64,000 nucleotides of DNA from Chiloscyllium plagiosum (lineage: Eukaryota), in the NCBI RefSeq assembly GCF_004010195.1, contig NC_057719.1:59903410-59967409 (forward strand), read 5' to 3'. The stretch's first letter is position 1, and each line of letters opens with the position of its first letter. Of this stretch, positions 1-13,705 are shown piece after piece. Below the pieces are notes generated by a model. The model did no database searches and had not been told where the DNA came from. It saw nothing but the letters and a program-made list of their open reading frames with translations. The position numbers were made by a program, and so were the translations under genes.

Positions 1-124
1 AGAAGGGCTTATGCCCGAAACGTCGATTCTCCTGTTCCCTGGATGCTGCCTGACCTGCTGCGCTTTTCCAGCAACACATTTTCAGCTCTGATCTCCAGCA
101 TCTGCAGTCCTCACTTTCTCCTCC
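1..124 (+). mobile_element. Penelope-like element terminal repeat (family 1), cut by the window edge
   Basis: AGAAGGGCTTATGCCCGAAACGTCGATTCTCC...CATCTGCAGTCCTCACTTTCTCC. The same unit recurs at about 9150, 19968, 23876, 25085, 35443, 47280 and 62205, and related units terminate the RT/GIY-YIG elements. Confidence 0.7.
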
Positions 125-3100
125 TATTTTATCGTAAAGCCCAGCAGAGAAAGTTTTGTCACTTTTTAACTTGGTTAGTAGACTTTTCTAATACTATTGA
201 CAAACATTGCGATTGTGTTCAAGAAAGGGTAAATATTTCTTTTGTTTAAGCACTGGAAAATACATATTTTCATGTCAACAATTCAGACGATGTCTTATTC
301 ATTAACATTCAGTCATTTACAGCAACTTTTTTAACCCAAAGTTCATATTCCAGAAAGCATGATATCTCTTGCTAAATTGCTGCCAACAAAACTTTCAAGG
401 AAAGCAGAGTCCACTATGCAGGATCATAACTAAGTGGTAACAAACTGAATACATGCAGGTAAGAACATAAACATGCATCTGATTTGTTTTCCAAACAATA
501 TGGCTGATTTTCTGGAATCTTGCATGACAATGTTACATGAAATAAAGGAGACCAATAGCTCTTTGGTTTTCAGGCATTTACGAATGAAATCTTCTTTGGT
601 ATCTGCTCCATTGTGAAAAAAACACTTTATTGCTGAAGTGTCAATTTATCCTCTTCAGCAAAGACGTTTAAGCTAAGCATCATGAAGTGGAGGACCCAAT
701 CAAAGCAACACAAGAAAGAACAGGTGGTTGATCATCTCAGCATGGCATAGGTCCAAGGGAAGAGGAGTTTCTATCCAAAAAGAGCTACCTGGCAATATGC
801 CACTTACCCTTAATTATGCAGATGGGTGATGCATATAATTTTACACATGGCCTCACAGACCAGTTGCACATTCTGGCACCATTTTTGGAAAGGCACTTTC
901 ATTACAAAGCAGGTGCTATGAGAACATGTACAACATCAACTGGACTCAGAACGTTCAGTACTAAACTAGACATGTGATGTAAGTTCCATTTGTCTTGCTA
1001 TTGCTACTACATTGACTGGTAGAAACTAGATATCAGGACATACTTACCTGACAAGTGCATCTGTCAGTGAGATGGCAATCGAAACATGGATGTTTGTCTC
1101 TAGTAATGCCTCAAATGAAATTGTGCCAAAATGTTACTGCCTGTTACACAAGCTTTTGCATTTACCCACATATCATGATAGTTTTGGGGCTGTCATTAAA
1201 CCTAGACTTCGGATTCTGTCTGTTTTACTTCAGCATATGTTTCTGAGGGTTCTGCCATGGACATCCATTGAATTGGTCCACATTTATGGGTAACGTATGG
1301 CAGTAATTTGTCATTACCTTCCGCAATGTGGCTGACCAGGAAACATGTTGAACGAGGGAATGAACTGGTTTCAGAGGACCCTAATGGCTGAAAATGCTGT
1401 TAACTGAAGGAATATAGCATGTAAGCAAGTATGTTGGATAAACAAATCAACACGAATGTGAAAAGTGATGCAGGAGTAAAAGCAGAAATTATTTAAATTT
1501 GCATAAAATTTCAATTCAAAATCATCAAAATTCTGTGAATAGGGTGCAATGATATCAGTGAATGATTATTGGCAATGTTCAGCAAATACCCTGCAGAAAG
1601 TATTGTTATTAAAATTACAGCTTTAAAAACAAAACCATATTAATCTCATAATTAAATCCAAGATAACCAGTGAATATGAGCATCCTTAGAATAACAATGC
1701 TTGTCTGGGTGCAAAGTGGCCTTAGAAAATGACACAAACTTAGAGGTTGCCAATCGTTTGGCAGATCTCCTCTGAGTATTGAGTTGTTCTAGAAATGGTT
1801 TGTGGTATGATAGGGCTGGAATTTTATTTGAAGGGCAGAACACATAGTTAATGTGGTGCATTTGGTAAGATATGGTTAGAAATCTCACTAGAACGCCCGA
1901 AAATCCAGCGCAACTCACACTTAGCCAAAAAGAACATAAGATTCAGTCCCGTGATTCTACCATGAAAATCTGGTGAGGCAGAGGTCTCAAGCAAATCTGC
2001 AGATAATGGGGCATAAAAGGTAAGCATACTTTAAAGGTGAGCAAATTAGGTATTTTAAAACCCTCCTTGTTACTGTTTTTTTCACTCGTTGTTGCTAAAG
2101 TATATCCAACCAGCAAATAATGTAATCATCTCAGGATCGAAGTTAATCTTCTTAAGACTGAGGAGCCTGAGATGCGATTGCGATGGATGTCCACAGAACT
2201 GTCAATTCATGTTGTCATTGTCAGTGACTGGGGATACTTCTGTAGCTGTGCCACCTTTGATCCAATACAGATTTTTTCAGAAAGCAAGAGTCATAGTGAG
2301 GCTCCGAAGTGTGGTAAACTTCCATTACAGCCATACAGGTAGGGAAACCCTCCAGTATAGCAGGGAAGCACAATGGAACTGCCATTACCACAGGGTAAAA
2401 ATCTGCAGAGAAGATAAAATACCTAATCACATTAGAGAGCTGTGGCATTAGAAAGAGTATTGCCAGGAGAGATTTAATTTCAGAAATGTGCTATGTAGAA
2501 CATAAAATTGTACATCCTGGAGAAGACAATTAGTCAGATAATTTTAAACTGGATAATAAGTTAGAAACTGATCAAGGAAAAGCACTTCTGTACACAATTA
2601 AGAGTATAGTGGTTGATGTTATTGCTCGCCACCAGCTAAATGAAACATGAGACAAAATCGAATAGGTTTTGAAAGCCTTTGACGATTCTCTCCTTGCATC
2701 ATCATTTTGGACAAATGGTAATGTGCCATAATGTACTCTTGCTACTTTTGATAATACTCAAAATTTGCTTGAGAGGACATTCTCAGCCTCTTATTTGTAT
2801 GTACTTCATGTGGGATTCAGGCTCTGTGGTGTATCACCCGCATGGGGGTCGAGGTCAATGAGATTTGTAGGGACCATGTGATAGGTAACACTTGTTGCTT
2901 CAGTAGCCACCTCCTTGCAACTCACTCCTACACCTTTTTCTAGGGATGGAATAGGCATTCTGACTGGATGGCATCCCTGGAATCACAACATACAGGTAAC
3001 TCCAAGATTCTTCATTACTTTCCAACAACACTTCATTTGGGCGTTTCAGATTTTGCAATACCACTTCTTGCCTCCACACCATCCGCTAAACTTTTGGCCA

Positions 3101-3524
3101 TCAGCAACTCCCTTCTTTAAACCACTTTCCGAGGCTCCCACTAGCTACTGGTTCAATGACATAGCGGTGGCCACCTGTGTTAAGCTGCTTGATGGCTCTG
3201 TAGAATTTGGGATCACAGCCACTTGTATCTTATTCCAACACCTGATATTCTGATTTTGGTGGAATACCCTTGTACAGATTGGAAGATTAATTTGTCAGCT
3301 TTGCAATTTTGTAACTCTCTTCTTTTCGGTGTTCCTGTCTTGGGCATCTTGGATGACATCTTAAACATTTGGTTTAGCGTCCTGTGATGCTCCACTAAGC
3401 GACCTGACCATCACCATCAGAAAATGTAATAAGCCCAAGAAAATGGTCCATGAAAAGGGCTGCAACTCAGACAAAGAAGAGATTGAGTGGAGAGTAGCCT
3501 ATGGTGAAGTGTGGAGTGCTATTA

Positions 3525-5176
3525 CAGGGTAACCTCGATTATCCGAATGTGATGGGCGCGCACTATTTCGTTCGGATAATCGATTATTCGGTTAATCAAT
3601 TAAATGCCTTTCTTCTGGGGCTCAGAGTTTTTAAAGTCTGCTCTTTGTTCAGGAGACTGCAGAAACACACAGCGTGCGAGGCCCCACCCCCAATCCCCCG
3701 CCGCCAATGCCATCTGACACCACCCCTGCCCCCAAAACCGCTGCCCCGCCCCCAACCCTGTGCAACACCACCCCTTCCCTGAAACACCGCCCCACTGCCC
3801 CCNNNNNNNNNNNNNNNNNNNNNNNNNNNNNNNNNNNNNNNNNNNNNNNNNNNNNNNNNNNNNNNNNNNNNNNNNNNNNNNNNNNNNNNNNNNNNNNNNN
3901 NNNNNNNNNNNNNNNNNNNNNNNNNNNNNNNNNNNNNNNNNNNNNNNNNNNNNNNNNNNNNNNNNNNNNNNNNNNNNNNNNNNNNNNNNNNNNNNNNNNN
4001 NNNNNNNNNNNNNNNNNNNNNNNNNNNNNNNNNNNNNNNNNNNNNNNNNNNNNNNNNNNNNNNNNNNNNNNNNNNNNNNNNNNNNNNNNNNNNNNNNNNN
4101 NNNNNNNNNNNNNNNNNNNNNNNNNNNNNNNNNNNNNNNNNNNNNNNNNNNNNNNNNNNNNNNNNNNNNNNNNNNNNNNNNNNNNNNNNNNNNNNNNNNN
4201 NNNNNNNNNNNNNNNNNNNNNNNNNNNNNNNNNNNNNNNNNNNNNNNNNNNNNNNNNNNNNNNNNNNNNNNNNNNNNNNNNNNNNNNNNNNNNNNNNNNN
4301 NNNNNNNNNNNNNNNNNNNNNNNNNNNNNNNNNNNNNNNNNNNNNNNNNNNNNNNNNNNNNNNNNNNNNNNNNNNNNNNNNNNNNNNNNNNNNNNNNNNN
4401 NNNNNNNNNNNNNNNNNNNNNNNNNNNNNNNNNNNNNNNNNNNNNNNNNNNNNNNNNNNNNNNNNNNNNNNNNNNNNNNNNNNNNNNNNNNNNNNNNNNN
4501 NNNNNNNNNNNNNNNNNNNNNNNNNNNNNNNNNNNNNNNNNNNNNNNNNNNNNNNNNNNNNNNNNNNNNNNNNNNNNNNNNNNNNNNNNNNNNNNNNNNN
4601 NNNNNNNNNNNNNNNNNNNNNNNNNNNNNNNNNNNNNNNNNNNNNNNNNNNNNNNNNNNNNNNNNNNNNNNNNNNNNNNNNNNNNNNNNNNNNNNNNNNN
4701 NNNNNNNNNNNNNNACTTCCCCCCCACCCCAAACTCCGTCCAACACCACCCCCCTGCCTGCCCCCCCAACCCCATACACACCCGCCCCTCTCCAGGGCAG
4801 CTGGACTGGACACCAACATCAAGATTGCTGCAGTTGCCTTTGTGGGAAGTCTCCAAATAGCACGCACACACACACATTTCACTGCAACTTTTTGACAGGT
4901 TCCACCTTTACCCTGTACAGGACAATGTTGAAGAGATTACGTGGGGAAGGGGAGTTTAGGGTACATCCCTGTCTAGAACTCTAGGGAAAGTTCGGGGAGA
5001 GAGAGAGGGCGGGAGGTCAGTCATTTGGGGATGGTGCCTCTTTAATAACTGTAAACAAAAGACGTGATCACTGTTGGAAACACGTCTTTGATGTAATTTT
5101 CCATCGGGACCTGGAGATCGCCTTTGGATAACCTGATTTTTGGATAATTGGTATTTGCATAATCAAGGTTCCTCTG
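3525..5176. mobile_element. Non-autonomous Tc1/mariner-pogo (Tigger-like) DNA transposon spanning an assembly gap
   Basis: Imperfect TIRs CAGGGTAACCTCGATTATCCGAA and (reverse complement) CAGAGGAACCTTGATTATGCAAA, each flanked by TA. C-rich interior. Confidence 0.65.
3803..4714. other. Assembly gap
   Basis: Run of N. Confidence 1.
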
Positions 5177-5799
5177 TATATGCATAAACTAATTCCATAA
5201 AGTACTGATGCCTTTTTTCTTCTCTCTGCATGAAAGGTTCACAAACAATCAGTCAGAATATTGTTGAACTGTTCACTAACCTCAGGATGATAGGGGGTAG
5301 TGCAGTTCTTGGCAATGCCACAAACTTGCAAAGCTCTTGTGATATCTCGTATTCAAGTTACATCCCTGATCACTGTGGATCTGACATAAGAACAGCAAAT
5401 GGGACCAACCTTTCCTGTACTAACTCTCTGGCTGCAGTTAAGATCTTTTGTTCATTGGTGGGAATGGGTTGTGTGAACTTGGTGAAGACATAGGTGAGTA
5501 TGAGAATATTCCTAGTCCAATTGTCTAAGGTTAAGGATAGTAAAATCCACTGCAAGGATCTCTTTTGGCAACCAGGCTGCACTTCAGGGCTCAAGTCACT
5601 TCCCTGTTTCAGACAAAGTACACCTCACAATTTTGATACAAGTTATCGATATCAGCAGCCATTCCAGCCAGTAACACTGCTGTCTTGTCAGCGTAATCAT
5701 CTTTTCCATTGGTTGGTCAACTACAAAGAGTCATGAATCACTAACAACACCAGATGCTTGGAGCAATCAGGAAAAAGTATTTGGTACATCTCTCTCACA

Positions 5800-8100
5800 T
5801 TGCCATGAACCAGCTATAAAGGACTCCAACTGCCTCCCTGGTGCGCTATTCGTGCCTCAACAGTTTCAGTACCCGCTTGGATATCCACTTGATGTCAGGC
5901 TGATAATTGCTGGACCCCCTGTTAGTGGTGCAGTTTACTGATATTCACAACAATCAGTAGTTTAAGGTTCACCTTTGGAAGTAAATGACAACGGTTAACC
6001 ATACCTGGTTGTATTTCTTTGGACCCAGTTTCAGTTTTCATCATAAGTGCATTGGTGACATTCTACTGAATCTTAATTTGACTGTCATAAAGAATTAGGT
6101 TGGAATGCTGTCCAAGACTTGGAATTTGGACATAATGCCCACCGAAGTCTCTTCCGAGTGGGAAGGGATGGGTTCCCTCTTTTGGTCAGTTTTCAAATAA
6201 GGGCATTAGCATTTGAATCATCTTTACCTGACCTTTGACAGATCAGCAGGTGAAACTCTGCAACGTCAGCAACTCATTGTTGCTTCAAGCTTGGTGGACA
6301 TTTGAAAATAGTGGATTGGGGTGTTTGTAAATATTTAAAACTCTGTATCAATCATAATGTCCCTGTGGTCTGGGAACTGAAAACTAGCAGTTAGTGCTTC
6401 ACACCAGAGTAAATTTGCATATTTCTTTCATTTCTAATGAGACTCCAGCTCATGGGCCATATTCATTCTTTTCTGTCCTAGAATCTGTTACAGCTCCTCT
6501 GCCATGAAAACTGGCACGGTTTCCAGATGAAAGTGAAATGGAAATCTAGATAGTCAAGGACAAATAAGGAGACAAGCATTGGCTTGAAAGTGCAAAACGA
6601 GTCTTCAAGTACTCGGGTTCAATTTCTTGTGATGCTCCGTGAGGTATCTATGTGGAGTTCCTCAGCATTCTCTAGTTTCTTCAACAAATAATGGATCGGG
6701 GCAGCCAACTGTGCACAGCTCTGTACAAAGCCCCTATATTAACTCGCTAGATCATGGAACTCATACAGTTCCCCCTTTGTGTTAGGTTGGGCAACCCCTA
6801 CACCACTCCGACTTTCTAATCAAAATGAATAATGCTTTCCTTGGTAAAGAAGTGCCCAAAGTCCTGTGCTTTTGTACAAAAAAGGGAGCACTTCTCTGGT
6901 TGTCCTTCCAAGTTAAACTTCAATAACTAAGCTGAGATGATGTTAAGTCTTTCAAGGATCTCCCCACACAAAGAGGGACCAGAAATTAAGGCCACAAATA
7001 GCTTTATTTTTCACTTGAATTAGACGGCAGGACCATTAAAAAGTCAAAAAGACATTCTTGTGTATTTGTAAATATCCCCGATGCTCATTCAGAATGCTTT
7101 CTTTTCAATGTTTTGCTCTGTGTTGGGTAGCTGGCTATAACTTTGGACCAAATTGAGACTGCAGAAATACTTTGCACCTGTGAGAACTTTTAATGTTTCC
7201 TCTAACCTAGATAGATGGTAAACATCCTGAAGAGTCTTTGTGTTAAGTGCATGGCAATTAACAGAGATCCTCGATTTTCCAACTTTATACCTAACAAGGT
7301 TTGTGCAGGATGTACATAAACTTGACAACTCTTGTGACATCTCACTCTAAAAACTTCTGCATGTATTCCCAGGCTTTCTCCCAAAGTGTGGCGGATCCGG
7401 CAGTGAGGAATCTTTACCAGGTGGTCAACTTTAGTCACAATCTGTGGCTCACAAGGGCACAATATTTGATGTCACTACCATCTTTGCTGAAGTTTGTCCC
7501 ATATTTGGTGCAAGTAGAAACAAGATCCTTTGGGTCTCCTGCAACTTGATACTGAAATGACATTAGAGATGTCTTCCCAGGTCAGTCTATTCTCCACAGT
7601 AGTGACAGGTTTAAAGACATCCATGGGCATTCTTGATGGAGATAAATATCTTTGTCATTGAGATTGGTCATCTATGTAGGTGTCCTACCCTTTTTTCCCT
7701 ACAATGACAAGGATGATTCTCAGAGCTAAATCAAGTGGAAGCTTCACCACATGTGACACATGATGCTCTAGCAAGACTTGATGTCAACAATTGAAGACAG
7801 CTGGCAGCAATCCTTAAGAAGAGTGATTATTTGGGTGGATAAAAGAACAGCCTGATTACCAGCTACTCAAGAGTTCTAAAGGCCTGTGCAGGCTGATTCA
7901 CCTTGTGTAAGTGGAGCAAAGATTCCTCAAACCCTCTGCTGACCTAGCAGTGTGCTGCTCATACCAACCACTATACATGCATTCTAAGGACTCCACGTAA
8001 TGAGTATTCTCAACTTCCTTACTTCAGCCGGAGTATTGATGCAGTCATGAATTACTAGAAACTCCAAGTTATGAAAAGTGTGACAGAGGATGGATAGGGA
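5800..8100 (-). mobile_element. Degenerate Gypsy/Ty3 LTR retrotransposon pol remnant
   Basis: ORF 7089-7340(-) KTLQDVYHLSRLEETLKVLTGAKYFCSLNLVQSYSQLP...EKKAF resembles the Gypsy RT motif (D.YPLPRIEE.L..L.GAKYFS.LDL...Y.Q.P....KTAF). An LHIDTS (LHTDAS-like RNase H) motif lies near 6650. Boundaries uncertain. Confidence 0.65.
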
Positions 8101-8145
8101 GATCTTGATGCTGCCATGAAAAGGGACGTCCAAACCCTGCAATGA

Positions 8146-8270
8146 TGTGGAAATGCTGGTGTTGGACTGGGGTGGACAAAGTTAAAAATCACACAACACC
8201 AGGTATAGCCAAACAGGTTTATTTGGAAGCACTAGCTTTCAGAGTGGTGCTCCTTCATCAGGTGGTTGTC
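8146..8270 (-). mobile_element. Penelope-like terminal repeat (family 2) with minimal hammerhead motif
   Basis: Minus strand CAC-CTGATGA-AGGAGCACCACTCT-GAAAGCTA-GTG (about 8230-8264). Same family as 49527-50180. Confidence 0.6.
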
Positions 8271-8784
8271 TCTGCAAAGCAGTTACCTGGGGGAAGAGAC
8301 GTCAACCAACTCACATCCCTAAGCTGGATGCTCTTTGAAAAACTGGCCACTAACAGGTGACACCTCTGAGACAATCAGAATTGATGCTTGCAAAATCTCA
8401 CACTCAGTGCAGGCCATTTTAACATCTAGTCAGAAGGAAAGACCATTGGACTAGATAGGGTCTCCTTACCTGATAGTCGTGGTGGTTGTCAGCAGTCTAG
8501 TTTGAAGTGCCCAGCTCTGCCACAATACCACCATCTCTTTGGAGTATCCTTTGAGTGGAATAAGCCATTAGGCTTACCATGTAGTTAGCACATTAAGGAA
8601 TGGATCTGTGCTTGCTGCGCAGCAATGGTTTCTGCTTACCAGAGGTCTATAGCCCGGCCTGGACTAACAACCATGACCACAAATGATAATTATAAATGAA
8701 TGATATACTCTGCAGTGAGTAGGACAGACACCACTTATTGAAAGTCCTTGCAATGTGATTCAAAAGAGGAAGTTCACTTGCATA

Positions 8785-10054
8785 ACTTTTAAATACTTAA
8801 TGCAATTATTGTAAGATAAGTAGGTCATTTCCAGAAAATGTGCTCCTGTAGCACACAGCCACAAAAAAGCAAAATAATGAAGATTTATTCATGTGGAGAT
8901 AAACGAGTTTTCAGTAGAAGTACCCAAAGTTTTCTTAAGGAAAATCAGTAATTGGACCAAGCGTTTATGACAATAAGCTTCTCACAAATTTCAAGTTAGA
9001 CATGGGAGCAGCTGTCATAGTATTGTCAGATAGAAAGCACCACTTATGGTCAGCAGAAGTTTTGCTGCATGGTCCAGCGGGGCATTGCATATAACAGTAA
9101 AGATATGCTTAAAGCAACTTTCCATCATAAGGGACACCAAATACAGAAATGAAAAATGTGGTGCTGGAAAAACACAGCAGGACAGGCAGAATCCGAGGAG
9201 CAGGAAAATCAATGTTTCGGGCATAAGCCCTTCTTCAAGGGAAGTCTTTATGTACTTCTTAACAAATAATTCTGTTATGAGTAGAAGAGTGTGTGAACAC
9301 CTCAATCTCATTCAAAAGGTAGAAGAGGTTAAACAATAAGAGAGCAAGGAAAAATTAATAGAAAATTTCACTGGATTCAGTAAGTTCATGGCAGAACCTA
9401 AACAAAAAAAAGAGGATCTCCTGAGGTTAGTTTAGTCGGAAAGAAAAATTTGCTTTTTGCTGTCAAAGAGCTGGCAAGAGGTAACAATAGTAGTTATTCC
9501 ACTGTGATCAAAACTGAAGAGGGTTCATATTCCAAGTTCCAACAAAATTCAAATTGAAATACAAGCAAAAAGACATTGTCTACACCACTCAAGAGGATGT
9601 ATAATGATAGACAGACAATAAAAACACCTGCATAACTTGAGTCAGATTGCAAAACTACACATTTAACAACTATACATTGCAAATTCACATCAGATGTAAA
9701 TTGTTGAAGTGATTAAGTAGAAAAAAAGTTCAATTTCCAAAGAAGAATCCCCAATAACAATAACATATATCAGATGTGAATCTCCAAGCAACACAATTCA
9801 GGATGTGAACAAACCCGTTTCCCTAATAATTCGACTGCTGAAGGGGAAAGAGAAGGAAGCTCACATGCACAAATAGTGCACAGCTTTTAAAACTGAATGC
9901 ATTTATTGTACGTCATGTATTGTAGATCATTTCCAGAAAATGTGCTCCAGCAGCAGCCACAAAAAAAACCAAAAGAATGCAAACGTACTCACATGGAGAT
10001 AAATGAGTCTCAGTAGAAGATGTACCCAAAATTTTCTTTGGGAAAATTAGTGAT
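8785..10054 (+). repeat. Diverged ~170 bp direct repeat (8785-8953 and 9884-10054)
   Basis: Shared blocks TCATTTCCAGAAAATGTGCTCC, CAGCCACAAAAAA, TGGAGATAAA and GTACCCAAA in the same order. Confidence 0.75.
9150..9240 (-). mobile_element. Penelope-like terminal repeat fragment (family 1)
   Basis: Reverse complement of the unit at 1-124. Confidence 0.65.
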
Positions 10055-11343
10055 TCTGAAAAAAATATTCACCAAGTCGAAGTAACAAGTCTACATTCTC
10101 CAGCCCAGATCAGACAGATTAAAAGCCAAATTTTACTGACAGAAATTGTGATCGATACAACTCCATGGAAAACATGTCCAAAAGGACAAACAATGAGCAA
10201 AGATCTAAGATACTACAAAGAACAAAATGCCAGCCATAGAGGTGTCCACACTGATAGCTATTAACGTCAGGTCCTGGGGGTTCCTTAATGGTCTGTCACT
10301 TTTAAATAACTTTGAATGCTCTCCAAATATTTTAGAATTTTCTAATCCCCCTCCATGACATTCTCATTTAGTTATCTCTACTGTTTTAAATTTCATCCAC
10401 TCAAATTTTCTCTTCCAGCAGCTATACCATTCCTAATCTCATCTGAGCTTTCATGTGGAGTCGTGAATTATTATGCAGATTATGTCTGACATAATATGGT
10501 GTTTAATTAGTATGTAAATTTAAGGCATGTTTTACAGCAAAGCAAATCAAGCTAGTAACTTAAGCAAGCAATGACTCCATTTTATGCTATAAGGCAGTAT
10601 TTGTGAAGTACACAATAAACGTATGAAACTGAGTAGAGAGAAAGGCCAACCAGTTTTAAATACAAGCATTATTTATTTTTGTTCTGTTTAACCATAAAGG
10701 CAATTTTGATCAACACTCTAGCTGTACAAGCAATCATCTTGAAACACCAGTCATGAACTTTCAGAGATTGACATATTATAGTAAGTAGGTCCTTGTCTCA
10801 ATCAACACCATTCACTTTATATCTTTGCATGAGGAACACATCTTGGCATTAGTCTTCTTATGTGCATAACACTACCTTTATTTATTATTAGCTATGTCTG
10901 CCAGATATGGATACAGGCCAGGAAGAGTAAATCAGATAGCAGCTGAAAGTTCTGTAGAGGCATGTTTGGAAGATAGGATCGAGACAGAATTTGGAAATGA
11001 GGATGTCAGCAGCCTGATGTGCACCTCTATCTGAGCAACTTTGCAGAGACAAACCAACAGCTCTAAGTGGCTATTTTGAATATTTAAGTGCTCAACTATG
11101 GATAGCTTGGGGACATGATCAGGATCATCTTCAAGAAAGATCTTCCAGCATAATCTAAGGATGACGTTACTCTGTGCACTGGGATCTAACTTAACTTCAT
11201 ACTTATGGCTGTGGGATTGTTTCTCATTTTCTCCTAGATCTGAATAATTTTTTTTCTTCTGGAAATTGTCACATCAAGAGATTGCATGCATCTGCATGGA
11301 TCCTATGAATATTATTTCCTCAAACTTATCATCATCCTCCAGG

Positions 11344-13705
11344 GTCATACAGTCTCAGAGGTCCACAGCATGAAAACAGGCCCTTCAGCCCAACTTGCCC
11401 GTGCCGCCAAGTTTTCACAAATTAAATTAGTCCCAGTTGCCTGTGTTTGGTCCATATTTTTCCATTCTGATTCCGTCCATGTACCTGTCTAAATGTTTTA
11501 GAAATGACAAAATTGTATTCGCTTCCACCACTACTTCTGGCAGCCTGTTCCAAACATTCACCCTCTCTGTGTGAACAAATTGCCCCTCTAGACCCTTTTT
11601 TAACTCTTCTCTCTCACCTTATACCTATGCCTTCTCGTTTTAGACTCCCTTACCATGGAGAAAAGCTGCTGGCTATGTATCTTATCTCTGCCTCTCATTA
11701 TTTTATGTACCTCTGTAAGGTCACTCCTGAGTCTCCTATGCTCCAGGGAAAAAAGCCCCAACCTATCCAACCTCACCTTATAACTCAAACCTTCCCCTCC
11801 ACGTGACATCCTAGTAAGTCATTTCTATACTCTTTCCAATTTAATATTATCCTTTCTATAGTAGAGCAACCAGGACTGCATGCAGTATTCCAAATGTGGC
11901 CTCACCAATGCTTTATACAGCTGCGACAAGTTGTCCCATCTCCTATACTCAAGACTCTGACTGATGAAAGCTAGCATGCCAGAAAGCTTTTTCACAACCC
12001 TGTCTACCTGTGACTCCCCTTTCAAAGTATTATATACTCCAACATTACTTTCTTTTATAACACTCCCCAAGGACCTACCATTGAGTGTGCAAGTCCTAAA
12101 CTGGTTTTGCTTTACCAAAATTCAACATCTTGCAGTTATCTAAAGTAAATCCATCTGCCATTCCTCAGCTTACTGGCCCAGTTGATCCAGATCTCACTGA
12201 CTTCCCAGATAACCTTCTTCACTGTCCATGATATCACAAATTTTTGTTTCCATGCAAACTCACTGACCATACTTCTTAAATTCTCATCCAAATCATTTAT
12301 ATAATTGACAAGTAACAGTAGACCCAGTACCGATCCCTGTGGCACACTGCTAGTCATCAGCCTTCAGTCTGAAAAACACCCTCTACACCACCCTCTTTAT
12401 TTTACCGTCAAGCCAATTTTGTATCCAATTGGCTAGCTCTCCCTGGATCCTGTGAGATTTAACCTAACTCAACAATGGAGTGGAGAGTGTCAAGCTCCTG
12501 GGAGTGGTCATCCACAACAAGCTTTCTTGGACTTTTCATATATATGCACTGGTTACAAAGGCCCAACAATGTCTCTTCTTCCTCAGGCAGCTGAGGAAAT
12601 TTAGCACGACGGCGAATACCCTTGCCAACTTTTATAGTTGTGCCATTGAGAGCATTCTGTCTGGATGTATCACTACCTAGTATGGCAACTGCACCATTCA
12701 AGATTGGAGATGGTTATAGAGAGTGGTGAACTCGGCCCGGACAATCACAAAGGCCAACTTCCCATTTATTAAATCCATCTACCAGGCCCACTGTCAAGGA
12801 AAGGACGCCAGCTTTCTCAAAGATCCATTCCACCCTGGCAATATTTTTTACAACCTCTACAATAGGGGAGAAGGTACAGAAACCTGAACACACGCACCAG
12901 CTGGTTTCCAAATAGTTTCTACCCTACTGTTGTTAGAATACTGAATGGACTCACAAACTCTTCACATTCACTTGTACCTGTGTTTTTGTTTTTGCCGTTG
13001 TTTACCTATTAGTTACTTATCTATGCTACTTAACTCTGTGATCTGCCTGTATTGCTCGCAAGACAAAGCTTTTCACTGTGTTTTGGTACACTTGACAATA
13101 AATTCAATTCAATTCAATGTGGTACCTTGTTAAAGGCCTTGCTAAAGTCCATGTAAACAACATCTACAGCATTGCCCTCATCTACTTTTTTGGTCACCCT
13201 TTCAAAAAACTCAATCAAATTTGTGAGACATGATTCCCCACGCACAAAGCCATGCTGCCTATCCCAAATGAGTGCTTGCCTCTCCAAATGCTTGTAGATC
13301 CTGTTTCTCATATTCCCATCTAACAACTAAGGCTCACTGGTCTATAGTTCCTAAGCATTTCCTGCAGCCTTTTTTTAAGTAATGGCACAACATTAATCAC
13401 CCCTCAATCTTTGGGCACTTCACCCATGGCTGTCGATGCTACAAATAGCTGCGTAGGGGCCATGCAATTTCCTCCCGAGCCTCCCACAAAGTCCTGGGAT
13501 ACACTCCATCAGGTCCTGGGGACCTATTTCCCTTAATGCATTTTAAGACTTCTAGCACTTCCTCTTCTGAAATTTGGACTCTCTTCAAGGCATCCCTATT
13601 TATTTCCTCAAATTCCCGAGCATGCATACCTTTATGGATGGTAAATACTGATGAGAGATATTCATTTAGAATCTCACCCATCTCTTGTGGCTCCGTACAT
13701 AGATA
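11344..13705 (-). mobile_element. CR1-type LINE, 5'-truncated and degenerate
   Basis: RT peptides [68 protein letters not shown]; frameshifted. Confidence 0.9.
12465..13117 (+). mobile_element. Rex1/Babar-type LINE 3' fragment nested in CR1
   Basis: VKLLGVVIHNKLSW...KAQQCLFFLRQLRKF...LANFYSCAIESILSGCITT. 3' end AATAAA followed by (TTCAA)n. Confidence 0.8.

Noticed and set aside
400..3400. Possible exons of a neighbouring gene (e.g. CAG|GTAAGA at ~458, short ORFs)
   Set aside because: No recognisable protein similarity or coherent exon chain.
3596..4984. Long ORFs of 366-436 aa
   Set aside because: Artefacts of translating through N-gaps. The same applies to the ORFs at 23993-24492 and 58504-59277.
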